Assembly: GCA_032654565.1 (NCBI GenBank)
Contig: JAULAX010000010.1
Span: 64,001 to 128,000, forward strand
DNA length: 64,000 nucleotides
From: Anaeromyxobacteraceae bacterium
GTDB taxonomy: Bacteria; Myxococcota; Myxococcia; Myxococcales; Anaeromyxobacteraceae
Direction of reading: 5' to 3'
Every line of letters starts with the position of its first letter. Positions within the stretch are counted from its first letter, which is position 1. Of this stretch, positions 52,715 through 61,414 are shown in pieces. The notes beneath the pieces were generated by a model, which made no database searches, was not told the origin of the DNA, and saw nothing but the letters and a program-made list of their open reading frames with translations. The position numbers and the translations under genes are program-made.

Positions 52715-53344
52715 ATGAAGCCAGGCAAGTTCATCGTCTTCGAGGGCATCTACGGCGCCGGGCGGCTGGTGGTGGCGCTGGTCGACAAGGTGCGCGCGGC
52801 GCTGGCCGCCGAGGGGGTCGAGGTCTACGAGCTGGACAGCCCCGACAGCGGCCGGGCCCAGCTGATGGGCGCCGGCGGGCTCGACGGCAGCTGGCGGTAC
52901 GGCCGGTTCGAGGCCGACTTCTTCTTCGAGCTGGCCTCCCGGGCGCGGGTCTCGGCGGTGGCGCGCGAGAAGCTCGGCAGCGGCAAGACCGTGCTCTGCA
53001 AGAGCTTCACCCTCTCCTCGGTGGTCTACGCCGGCCTGAAGGGGCACGACTGGTTCCGCGAGGATCTCAACGTGCTGGAGGCGCGGGCCCGCGGCATGCT
53101 CGGCGCCGCGCCGCTCGCCCCCGACCTGACCGTCTTCGTCGACCTCCCGCCCGAGGCGGCGGTGCGCGAGCTGGGCGACAAGCTCACCGGGCTCTTCACC
53201 CTCGACGACCTCAAGCAGCAGCGGGCCGCCTACCTGGCCGAGCTGGGGCGCCTCCCGGCGGGCAGCGTCAAGCTGCTGCACGCCGCCGAGACCGCCGACG
53301 CCATCTTCCCCGAGGCGATGGCGGCGGTCCGGGCGTTGAAGTAG
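52715..53344 (+). CDS. Thymidylate-kinase-like protein with degenerate P-loop
   Basis: GKFIVFEG and PDLTVFVDLPPE Tmk hallmarks, but GAGRLV instead of GxGK[ST]. Confidence 0.7.
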   Translation: MKPGKFIVFEGIYGAGRLVVALVDKVRAALAAEGVEVYELDSPDSGRAQLMGAGGLDGSWRYGRFEADFFFELASRARVSAVAREKLGSGKTVLCKSFTLSSVVYAGLKGHDWFREDLNVLEARARGMLGAAPLAPDLTVFVDLPPEAAVRELGDKLTGLFTLDDLKQQRAAYLAELGRLPAGSVKLLHAAETADAIFPEAMAAVRALK

Positions 53345-53353
53345 GCACTGCGG

Positions 53354-54004
53354 CTACGGCACCTGCCCCAGCCCCTCGCGGGCCGAGAGCTGGTCGGGGG
53401 CGAAGGCCAGCACCGCCTCGAAGGCCTCGCGCGCCTCGCGGTTGCGCCCCAGCTTGAGCAGGGTCCAGCCGAGCCCGGTGCGCATCTCGGCGTTGGCCGG
53501 CCAGGCGGCCACCGCCCTCCGGTAGAGCGGCTCGGCCTCGCTGTACTGGAGCTGGCTGAAGTGGATCCAGGCCAGCCGGCTCACGGCCGTGAAGTCGTTG
53601 GGAGCGAGCAGCAGCGCCTCCTCGCCCAGCTTCTGCGCGTCCTTCCAGCGCCGCAGCGCCATCAGCGGCAGCATGGCGCCGAGCCGCGGCTCGACCGCCG
53701 CCGGCTCCAGGGCCGCGGCCTTCTGGTAGGCGCTGGCCGAGAGGGCGTGGCGGCCGGCCAGGTAGTGGAGCCAGCCCCTGCGCAGCACCCCCACGTAGCC
53801 GCTTCCGGCCGGGCCGAGCTTCTCCATCAGGTCGAGGGCGCTGGTGTAGTCGCCGCGGGATTCCGCGGCGTAGGACTGTCGGTAGAGATCGGCGGCGGCC
53901 CCCTGGGCCCGGACGGCCGGGGCGGCCAGCAGGGCGGCGAGGAGCAGGGCGGCGCGGAGCAGGGCGGCGCGGAGCAGGGCGGTGCGGAGCAGGACGGTGT
54001 GCAT
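53354..54004 (-). CDS. Secreted TPR protein
   Basis: Signal peptide with LLRxA repeats and about 4-5 TPRs; GAGGTG RBS before ATG 54004. Confidence 0.85.
   Translation of the reverse strand: MHTVLLRTALLRAALLRAALLLAALLAAPAVRAQGAAADLYRQSYAAESRGDYTSALDLMEKLGPAGSGYVGVLRRGWLHYLAGRHALSASAYQKAAALEPAAVEPRLGAMLPLMALRRWKDAQKLGEEALLLAPNDFTAVSRLAWIHFSQLQYSEAEPLYRRAVAAWPANAEMRTGLGWTLLKLGRNREAREAFEAVLAFAPDQLSAREGLGQVP
53926..54000. repeat. 15-bp tandem repeat (5 imperfect units) in the TPR protein signal peptide
   Basis: GGAGCAGGGCGGCGC units. Confidence 0.8.
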
Positions 54005-54028
54005 GGTGTTCACCTCGGGTTGAGAGAG

Positions 54029-55216
54029 CTAGAAGGCGTAGGTGAGGCCGGCGGTGAGCCGGGTGGCGGTGGAGTCGACGGGGGTGGCGCCGCTGGCCGC
54101 GGTTCGCCAGCGCTCCAGGTCGGCACCGAGCCAGCCGCGGACCGAGCTGCTGAACGGCACGCCGGCCTGCAGCCGCAGCGCACCACGCAGCTCCTCGGGG
54201 AGGCCGTAGAGGGTCCGCTCGCCGAGGTCCCAGGGGCGGCGCTGGCTGCCGTACTCGCCGCGCAGCGAGAGCGTCCAGGGGCCCTTCCAGGCCACCCCGG
54301 CCAGGGCCGCGCCGCTCACCGTGCCGTCGAGCCGCTGGCCACGCCAGCCGGCCTCGAGCGAGAGGTGGCGGCCGATGGGCAGGGCGGCGCCGACCTCGAG
54401 CTGGGCGCTCGACTGGTCCTCCCAGGAGACGACGGCCGCCGAGGCCCGCCACTCGAGCCCGAGCCGGAGCGTGGCGGCCAGCCCGGCGCCGGCCCCGCCG
54501 TACGCATAGATCTTCTTCACCCCACCGGTCGCCGAGGTCGAGCTGGAGGCGGCGACGCCCTGCAGCGCCAGGCTCCAGCCGGACCCGGCGTAGCCGAGGG
54601 AGAGCTGCCCCTCGAGCGCCAGGTCGCTGATCCCGGCGCGGCCTCCGCCGGGGGTCGCCACCGGGGCGGCGAAGCCGCGGGCGGTGGCGCCGATGGTCCA
54701 GTGGTCGCGCAGGACGGCGTCGAGGGAGAGCGCCCCCGAGCCGAGCGAGCCGCGGCTGGGGTTGCCGCGCCAGCTGGTGCCGCCGGCGGAGAGGCCGAGC
54801 CAGAGCTGGTCGGGCGAGCCGCGCCGGTTCAGGGCGTCCTCGAGGCCGCGCTGCGCCTCGGCCGAGTCGGGGGAGAGCGCCAGGGCCCGCCGGTAGGCGC
54901 GGGCGGCCTCGGCGTAGTTGCCGGCGCGGAGCAGGAAGAAGGCCCGGTCGAGCTGCAGCGGGAAGTCCTGCGGCCAGGTGGCGGCCGGGGTCTCCAGCAG
55001 CCTGGCCGCCTCGGCGAAGCGGCCCGCCGCGGCCAGCTTCCGCGCCGCGGCCAGCGCCGCGTCGTAGGGGTCGGCCGGGGGCGCCTCCGGCGGCGCCGGC
55101 TCGACCGGCACCGCCCGGACCGGTGGTGCCGTCTCGGCCTGGGCCGCCAGGCCCGCGGCCGGCGGAGAGACCGCCAGCAGGAGGGCCACCAGCCGCGCCG
55201 CAGGCAGGCTACCCAC
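54029..55216 (-). CDS. TPR + outer-membrane beta-barrel protein
   Basis: Signal peptide, TPRs, amphipathic strands, C-terminal LTAGLTYAF (Bam-type Phe). Confidence 0.78.
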   Translation of the reverse strand: MGSLPAARLVALLLAVSPPAAGLAAQAETAPPVRAVPVEPAPPEAPPADPYDAALAAARKLAAAGRFAEAARLLETPAATWPQDFPLQLDRAFFLLRAGNYAEAARAYRRALALSPDSAEAQRGLEDALNRRGSPDQLWLGLSAGGTSWRGNPSRGSLGSGALSLDAVLRDHWTIGATARGFAAPVATPGGGRAGISDLALEGQLSLGYAGSGWSLALQGVAASSSTSATGGVKKIYAYGGAGAGLAATLRLGLEWRASAAVVSWEDQSSAQLEVGAALPIGRHLSLEAGWRGQRLDGTVSGAALAGVAWKGPWTLSLRGEYGSQRRPWDLGERTLYGLPEELRGALRLQAGVPFSSSVRGWLGADLERWRTAASGATPVDSTATRLTAGLTYAF

Positions 55217-57377
55217 GGGCCACCTCCTCGACCCGCCGGGCCCGGCTGACCTCGTCGCCCACCCGGACCTCGAGCTCCAGGGGACCTGCGGCGTCGAAGA
55301 CCGCCAGCGTCTGCAGCGCCCGGCCGCCGGCGCGACCGGCGCCGCGGATCTCCAGCCGGGCCCCGCGGCGCCCCGCCGTGTAGGCCACCGCCACGCCGCC
55401 CTCGGGGAGGAACGGCTCGGCCAGGTCGGAGAGCCAGCGGACCCAGCGGGGCCGGAGCCGCCGCCGCGGGAGCACGTCGTCCCAGCGCAGCCCCGCCGGC
55501 AGCTCGTAGGGGACCCGCGGCGCGGCGGTGGCCAGCAGGTGGAGCGCGCTCTCGCGGCGCCCGAGCTGGTCGTGGACCACGAACTGTCGCCCCTGGTTCT
55601 CGAACCAGAGCGTCGCGCCCATCGACCGCGACTCCAGGAAGAGCTCGCCGAAGAGGCCGATGCGCGAGGCCACCTCCTCGCGCAGCGTCCGCCCCCTCGC
55701 CCCGGTCACCTCGAAGGCCAGGGGGGCGCCGATCCCGAAGGCGAAGGGGGTGGTTCCCTCCTCGCGGCGCACCAGCGCCCGGACCGACAGCCCCTCGGCC
55801 GGCAGCAGCCAGCGGTGGAGCACCGGCTGGTCCTCGTCACCGGAGAGCACGTCGGAGAAGGTCGGTTCCAGCGTCGGCGCCCCGAGGCGGGGATTGCCCT
55901 GCAGCTGGAAGTGGAGGTGGGGGACGAAGGACCGGCCGCTGTTGCCGCACAGGCCGAGCCGGGCCCCCTGCCGGACCAGCTGGCCCTCCCGCACCTCCAC
56001 CGTCCCCGGGGAGAGGTGGGCCACCAGCGAGTAGAGCCCGACGCCGTGCTGCAGCAGCACCACGTTGCCCCAGGGCTCGCGGGCGTTGCGGGTGCCGGGG
56101 GCGTTGTCCGGCACGTCGTTGACCACCTTCACCACGGTGCCGTCGGCGGCCGCCAGCACCGGCAGCCGGTAGCAGCGGTGGTCGCGCAGCTCCAGCCCGC
56201 CCGCGGCGTGGGTGGTGCCGGCGGCGTCCGCCACCTCGAAGTCGAGGCCGTGGCGCCAGGGGCCGCGGTGGGTGTGCCGGCCGTCCACCCCCTGCGTCAC
56301 CAGCCAGCGGCCGGCGAAGGGGAGGGCGAAGCGGACGCCGTAGCCCGGGCCGAAGCGGGCCACCCGGGTCCGGTAGTAGGCCAGGTTGGCCTCCGGCGTC
56401 CCGGCGGCGAAGTCCACCGCCTTGGGCGCGGCGTCGCGCACCCGCTGCCGCAGCGCCAGCAGCACCACCAGCATGGTGACGTTGAAGGGGAGGAGCAGGA
56501 CCGGCAGGTCGACGGGCCGGAGCAGCGCCGTGGCGCCGGCGGTGGCCAGCCCGGTGAGCAGGGCGGCGCCGGCGGCCAGCAGGAAGGCGGCGCGCTGCGG
56601 GACGAACCAGACGCCGCCGAGCGCCACCGCCGTGAGCATGGCGTTGGCGCAGAGCACCAGCAGCGAGGCGTCGCTGGCCAGCGTCACCACGCCGGCGGCG
56701 AGGGCCGCGGCCACGCCGAAGCCGACCAGGGAGAGCAGGGTGGCGATGCGGCTCTGCAGCACCAGCGCCGCCAGCACCAGCGCGCCGGCCGTCACCGTCG
56801 GGGAGAAGAAGATGGCCCCCAGGCTGCGCAGGTAGAGCGCCGCCAGCTCCGGGAGCCAGGCCGGCGGCGGCTCCGGGAGGAGCGACGGCGCCGTCCGCGA
56901 CACCACGCCGACCACCGGGGCGGCGGCCAGCGCCAGCCAGGTGACCAGCACCGACGGGAGCGAGAGGAGCGGCAAGGCGAAGACCGCCCCCAGCGCCGAC
57001 TCCAGCGCCGCCTCCAGGAAGACCACCGCCACCACGGCCAGCGCCAGCAGCGCCGCGGCCCCGGCGCCGGGCTCGAAGAGGGCGCCGATGGCCAGGCCGA
57101 CCAGCAGCGGGTTGTAGCCGTAGCGGCCGCGCGCCGAGGCCGCCTCCCCGAGGGAGAGCAGCCGCACCAGGGCCTGGCCGAGGAGCACCGCGGTCAGGCC
57201 GGAGAGGCCGAGGCGGGGCGACAGCGCCGTGGCCAGGAGCAGCAGCGCGCCGACGCCGGGGTGGTCGGAGAAGAGCACCTGGGCGTAGGCCACCAGCGCC
57301 GCGGCGGCGGTGGGGGGCAGGGCCGGCCGGGGCGACGGCCCGACGCCCTCGGCCAGGCCGGCGCGGTCGGCGGTCAC
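55209..57377 (-). CDS. Urea transporter (UT family) - M23 peptidase fusion
   Basis: Two UT half-repeats (YAQVLF..GYNPLLVG..LPLLSLP; LGAIFF..NAML..LPVLLLPF), then HGLDF, AAADGTV, WGNVV, AHL, GNSGRS, PHLHFQ; GTGA overlap with the upstream gene. Confidence 0.87.
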   Translation of the reverse strand: MTADRAGLAEGVGPSPRPALPPTAAAALVAYAQVLFSDHPGVGALLLLATALSPRLGLSGLTAVLLGQALVRLLSLGEAASARGRYGYNPLLVGLAIGALFEPGAGAAALLALAVVAVVFLEAALESALGAVFALPLLSLPSVLVTWLALAAAPVVGVVSRTAPSLLPEPPPAWLPELAALYLRSLGAIFFSPTVTAGALVLAALVLQSRIATLLSLVGFGVAAALAAGVVTLASDASLLVLCANAMLTAVALGGVWFVPQRAAFLLAAGAALLTGLATAGATALLRPVDLPVLLLPFNVTMLVVLLALRQRVRDAAPKAVDFAAGTPEANLAYYRTRVARFGPGYGVRFALPFAGRWLVTQGVDGRHTHRGPWRHGLDFEVADAAGTTHAAGGLELRDHRCYRLPVLAAADGTVVKVVNDVPDNAPGTRNAREPWGNVVLLQHGVGLYSLVAHLSPGTVEVREGQLVRQGARLGLCGNSGRSFVPHLHFQLQGNPRLGAPTLEPTFSDVLSGDEDQPVLHRWLLPAEGLSVRALVRREEGTTPFAFGIGAPLAFEVTGARGRTLREEVASRIGLFGELFLESRSMGATLWFENQGRQFVVHDQLGRRESALHLLATAAPRVPYELPAGLRWDDVLPRRRLRPRWVRWLSDLAEPFLPEGGVAVAYTAGRRGARLEIRGAGRAGGRALQTLAVFDAAGPLELEVRVGDEVSRARRVEEVARG

Positions 57378-58720
57378 GACAGCCACGCCGGGACCTCCTC
57401 CTGGCTGAGCAGGGTGTCGACCGTCTCGCGCTTGCGGATCACCGAGACCTCTCCCTGGCGGGAGATCAGCACCACCGCCGGCCGCTCCTGGATGAACTGC
57501 ATCCACTGGGTGACGTTGTAGGCACCGACGTTGCGGAAGACGAGCTGGTCCCCCGGGTTCATGGGCGGGAAGAGCAGGTTGTCCCGGACCACGTCGATGT
57601 TCATGCAGAGCGGGCCGTACATCACCGTCGGCTCCGGGGTGCCGCTCAGCTCCTGGGCGGGGATGACGTCGTGCTTGTACCAGTTGGCGGTGAAGAGCAG
57701 GTTGACGCCGGCGTCGAGCACCACGCCGCGCCGGCCGTCGGGCAGCCGCTTGTTGGCGTGGACGCTGGCCACCAGCGAGCCGGCCTCGTCCACCAGCGCC
57801 CGGCCGGTCTCCAGGAAGATGGTGGGGGCCTTCTCCGGCGGGTACTGCAGTGCGCCGAGGCCGTCGGCGATGGCCTCGGCGTAGGCGCTGAAGGCCGGCG
57901 TGGTCTGCTCGCCCGGGAGGTACTGGGCGTGGAGGGTGTTGCGCGAGGCGAAGCCGCCGCCCAGGTCGAGGTAGTCGAGGTGGACGCCGTGCTCGCGCGC
58001 CAGCTGGTTGGCGAACTCGGCCATCTTGGCCGCCTCCTGCCGGTAGGCCTCCACGTCCTGCACGAAGGTGCCGATGTGGCAGTGCAGGCCGGCCAGCACC
58101 AGCCGGTCGCCGGCCCGGAGCCGCCGCACCGCGTCGGCGGCCTGTCCGCTCTCCAGGTTGAAGCCGAAGCGGGACCAGGCCGGCGTGCCCGCCACCGCCA
58201 TGTTGAGCCGGATGGCCACCTTGGGTCGCAGGCCGAGCTTCTGGGCGACCCGCTCGGCGCGGAGGATCTCGTCGAAGTTGTCGAGGTGGACGCGGGCCCC
58301 CACCGTGAAGGCCTTCTCCAGCGCCGCGTCGGGCTTGAACGGGCCGTTGAAGAGGATCTGGGTGCCGGGCACGCCGAGGTGGAGGGCCTTCTCCATCTCC
58401 ATGGCGCTGACCACCTCGGCCCAGGAGCCCTCGCGGTGGAAGACCTTGCAGATGGCGTCGAGGTAGTTGGTCTTGTAGGACCAGGCCAGCTGGGCCCGCG
58501 GCAGCCGCAGGGCCAGCGCGTCGCGCAGCTCGCGGTAGCGGGAGACCAGGGAGCGCTCGCTGAAGACGAAGAGCGGCGAGCCGTACCTGGCCACCAGGTC
58601 GCGGACCGGGACGCCCTCGAGCTCGGTGAGCGGGCGGGTGGCCTGGGAGCGGGCGAACTTGTTCATCATCCCGGGCTGGTGGCGGACGAAGGTGGGGCGC
58701 TCGTAGCGGACGAGTGACAT
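57374..58720 (-). CDS. LysA/ODC-family (fold III) PLP-dependent decarboxylase
   Basis: SYKTN (PLP Lys), SRFG, HCHIG, DLGGGF, ETGR, GPLC..D and GAY motifs. Confidence 0.88.
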   Translation of the reverse strand: MSLVRYERPTFVRHQPGMMNKFARSQATRPLTELEGVPVRDLVARYGSPLFVFSERSLVSRYRELRDALALRLPRAQLAWSYKTNYLDAICKVFHREGSWAEVVSAMEMEKALHLGVPGTQILFNGPFKPDAALEKAFTVGARVHLDNFDEILRAERVAQKLGLRPKVAIRLNMAVAGTPAWSRFGFNLESGQAADAVRRLRAGDRLVLAGLHCHIGTFVQDVEAYRQEAAKMAEFANQLAREHGVHLDYLDLGGGFASRNTLHAQYLPGEQTTPAFSAYAEAIADGLGALQYPPEKAPTIFLETGRALVDEAGSLVASVHANKRLPDGRRGVVLDAGVNLLFTANWYKHDVIPAQELSGTPEPTVMYGPLCMNIDVVRDNLLFPPMNPGDQLVFRNVGAYNVTQWMQFIQERPAVVLISRQGEVSVIRKRETVDTLLSQEEVPAWLS

Positions 58721-58758
58721 GCGAAGCCTCTGCGGGTGGGGTGGGGGAGGGGTGGAGG

Positions 58759-59817
58759 TCAGCCGGCGAGCAGCTCGCCGGTGGAGGCGAGCTCCTGGAA
58801 GGTGCTCATGCTCCGGATCTGGTCGAGCGAGATGCGGACGAACATGGTGCCAGCCTTGAAGTCGGGGAGCGGGGTCGGCGCCTGGCCGGCGGCCAGCTGC
58901 ACGGTGGCGTAGGGCAGGTTCTGCCCGGCGCCGGCGGCGAGGTAGACCCAGGCGGGGAAGCGCGGGTTGACCTCGATGAGGAAGTACCTCCCCTCCGGGG
59001 TCCGCATCACCTCGACCTCGCAGGGGCCGCGCCACCGGGTGGCGGCCATGAACTTGCGGGTCATCTCGATGAGGTTGGGGTCGTTGACCGCGACGCCGGC
59101 CCAGCCCTTGCCCTTGTCGGTGAGGAACATCTTCTTCATGGGCACGGCGCCGACCAGGCCGCCCAGGCCGTCGCCCACCGCCACCACGTCGTACTCCTCG
59201 CCGGCGTGGAACTTCTGGGCGATCACCGGGACGCCCCACTTCGCCACCGTGGCGTGGAAGGAGCCCAGCGCCTCGTCGAGCGAGGCGACGTGGTGGGCGC
59301 CGTAGAAGATCCCCTTGAGCATGAAGGGGTAGCTGACCCGCTCGTGGACGGTGTAGAGCTCGCGTGCGTCGGAGATCACCTGCGAGGCCGGGACCTCGAT
59401 GCCGGCCTTCTGGCCGAGCTCGGCCAGCCGGACCTTGGAGCGCAGCTCGAACTGCTCGCGGGTGGGCAGGTACATGCCGATGCCGAGCGACCGCAGCTCC
59501 TCCTCGAGGGCGATGAAGGAGGGCAGCTCGGAGTCGAGCGTGGGGATGATGACGTCGATGGGGAACTTCGAGTGGACGTAGCGGATCCGCTCGCGCAGCG
59601 CGTCGACGCCCTGGCTCGGGTAGGGGATGAGGAAGGAGGCGGCCAGGCCGAGCTCCTCGCTGTAGAGCCCCGGGTCGAGGGTGTCGTAGGCCAGGCCGAT
59701 GAGCTGCCCGGTGAAGCGGGGCTCGTGGCGGATGGAGCGGAGGACGGCGACGCCGGGGCCGGGGTTGTCGGTGGCGTTGAGCCCGGTGACGGCGATGGTG
59801 AGGTCGTGCCTGGACAT
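58759..59817 (-). CDS. ATP-grasp ligase (CarB-like)
   Basis: IPTLDSE, YPFMLKG, QKFHAGEEY, GPCEVE and LIEVNPRF motifs. Confidence 0.88.
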   Translation of the reverse strand: MSRHDLTIAVTGLNATDNPGPGVAVLRSIRHEPRFTGQLIGLAYDTLDPGLYSEELGLAASFLIPYPSQGVDALRERIRYVHSKFPIDVIIPTLDSELPSFIALEEELRSLGIGMYLPTREQFELRSKVRLAELGQKAGIEVPASQVISDARELYTVHERVSYPFMLKGIFYGAHHVASLDEALGSFHATVAKWGVPVIAQKFHAGEEYDVVAVGDGLGGLVGAVPMKKMFLTDKGKGWAGVAVNDPNLIEMTRKFMAATRWRGPCEVEVMRTPEGRYFLIEVNPRFPAWVYLAAGAGQNLPYATVQLAAGQAPTPLPDFKAGTMFVRISLDQIRSMSTFQELASTGELLAG

Positions 59818-59842
59818 GGGGTGCTCTCGGGGAGGCGTGGGG

Positions 59843-60112
59843 CTAGCTGCGCTCTTCGGCGGGGAGCAGGCCGCTCTCGCGGAGCTGCTGCATGAACTCG
59901 CGGACGTCGCGGAGCGGGTCGTCGCCGGGCCCGGTCTGGTAGCCGGACTCGAGGGCCTGGCGGATGGCCGGCTCGGAGAGCCCGTCCCGAAGCTTCTCGA
60001 GGATGAACCGGCCCGTCTGGTTCAGGCTGAAGGTGAGCCCCGTGTAGGGGTCGAAGAGGAAGCCACTCTCGCTGACGGCGAGGTCCTTGAGGCGCTGCAT
60101 CCGGTCGGTCAC
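59843..60112 (-). CDS. Stand-alone PqqD-family (RiPP recognition element-like) protein
   Basis: 89 aa; FLFDP.TG..FSLNQTGRFI..L three-strand/three-helix pattern ending DVREFMQQLRESGLL. Confidence 0.85.
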   Translation of the reverse strand: MTDRMQRLKDLAVSESGFLFDPYTGLTFSLNQTGRFILEKLRDGLSEPAIRQALESGYQTGPGDDPLRDVREFMQQLRESGLLPAEERS

Positions 60113-60161
60113 TGCGGTTCACCTTTCGTTGGAGGTGGCGCCATCGCGCCCTTCCTGACGG

Positions 60162-60191
60162 TGGGAAGGAGGGGCGTCGATTTTTGTTCCC
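60162..60191 (-). promoter_or_regulatory. Candidate ECF promoter for the PqqD/ATP-grasp operon
   Basis: GGGAAC-N17-CTTCCCA on the minus strand. Confidence 0.45.
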
Positions 60192-60215
60192 GGGGTGATG
60201 CGCTATCCTCGACGA

Positions 60216-60845
60216 GTGGGGCGGACCGATCTCGATCAGCTGGTGGAGCGTGCCCAGGCCGGCGAGGTCCGGGCCTTCGAGGCGCTCATCGAGGGGCAGC
60301 TCCCCCGCATCCGCCGCTACGCCCGCGCCTTCGCCGGCGCCGAGCACGAGGCCGACGACCTGGCGCAGGAGGCGCTGGTGCGTGTCTACAAGAGCCTGCG
60401 CTCCTTCCGGTGGCAGTCGGCCTTCTCCACCTGGCTCTTCGCCGTGGTCCGCTCCGCCTTCCTCGACGCCATGAAGGGTCGGGCCGGCACCCGGCGGGCC
60501 CTGGAGGAGCCCTGGAGCGAGGCCCACGCGCAGCTCGAGGGCGGGGAGCGACCCGACGAGCGGCTCTCCGCCGAGCAGGACCGCCGCCGGGTCTGGGCGG
60601 CGCTGCGCCAGGTGCCCACCGAGTTCCGCAGCGCGCTGGTGCTCTTCGACATCGAAGGCTGCAGCTACGACGAGGTGGCGGCGATCGAGGAGGTGGCGGT
60701 GGGGACGGTCAAGTCGCGGCTCTCGCGGGGCAGGGCCCACCTGCGCCGGCTCCTCGAGGCCGACGGGGAGGGCGCCCCACGTGGGACTTTCGTCGAGCCG
60801 GGAACATCGACGGTGACCATGTCGTCTGATCAGGTGGAACCATGA
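60216..60845 (+). CDS. ECF RNA polymerase sigma factor (SigE/SigW-like); start 60195 or 60216
   Basis: AQAGEVRAF, EADDLAQE, SAFSTWL, SYDEVA..GTVKSRLSRGR motifs. Confidence 0.93.
   Translation: MGRTDLDQLVERAQAGEVRAFEALIEGQLPRIRRYARAFAGAEHEADDLAQEALVRVYKSLRSFRWQSAFSTWLFAVVRSAFLDAMKGRAGTRRALEEPWSEAHAQLEGGERPDERLSAEQDRRRVWAALRQVPTEFRSALVLFDIEGCSYDEVAAIEEVAVGTVKSRLSRGRAHLRRLLEADGEGAPRGTFVEPGTSTVTMSSDQVEP
60800..60829 (+). promoter_or_regulatory. ECF-type promoter inside the sigma 3' end, upstream of the anti-sigma
   Basis: GGGAAC-N17-CGTCTGA. Confidence 0.6.
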
Positions 60846-61414
60846 GCCAGCCGGTCGACAGCGGGGATGGGGACCTCCGGGCGCGGCTCGCCGCCCTGCG
60901 CACCGACCTGCCCGAGGGGGACTTCAAGCTGGCGCTGCACCGGCGCCTGCAGGCCGCCGGGCCGCCGGTGGACCCTTCGCCGTGGCGCCGGCTCGCCGAG
61001 CTCCTCCAGGCGCGGCAGCTCTTCTGGCCGGCGCTGGGGGCTGCCGCGGGCGTGGCCGCCTTCCTGCTGCTCGCCTCGCCGACGCCCGCGCCGGTGGGCA
61101 CCGAGGTGGCCCGGCTCGCCACCCGGCTGCCGGCGAGCCAGGTGGCGGTGGTGCGGCTCACCTTGAGCGCCGACGGCCCGGTGGAGGCCGCCCGCATCCG
61201 GGTCTCGCTGCCGGCCGGGCTGTCCTTCTGGGCAGAGGGGAAGGAGCTGGCGCAGCGGGACTTCGAGTGGACGCAGGCGCTCACCGCGGGCGACAATGAG
61301 ATCCCCATCGCGGTGCGAGGCCAGCGGCCCGGCCGCTACCGCATCGGGGTGGAGACCCGCATCGGCGGGGAGCGGATCGAGGACGAGATCATGATCGAGG
61401 TGACGGGCGGATGA
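60842..61414 (+). CDS. Putative anti-sigma factor (single TM, periplasmic Ig-like domain)
   Basis: ATGA-coupled to the sigma; short cytoplasmic helix, TM, beta-rich C-terminus. Confidence 0.7.
   Translation: MSQPVDSGDGDLRARLAALRTDLPEGDFKLALHRRLQAAGPPVDPSPWRRLAELLQARQLFWPALGAAAGVAAFLLLASPTPAPVGTEVARLATRLPASQVAVVRLTLSADGPVEAARIRVSLPAGLSFWAEGKELAQRDFEWTQALTAGDNEIPIAVRGQRPGRYRIGVETRIGGERIEDEIMIEVTGG

Noticed and set aside
57374..58720. Calling this gene lysA
   Set aside because: Family motifs fit, but the substrate-side motifs diverge and the context is not lysine biosynthesis; symbol withheld
59843..60112. PQQ biosynthesis cluster
   Set aside because: No pqqA/B/C/E or radical SAM gene is nearby; only the PqqD fold is present
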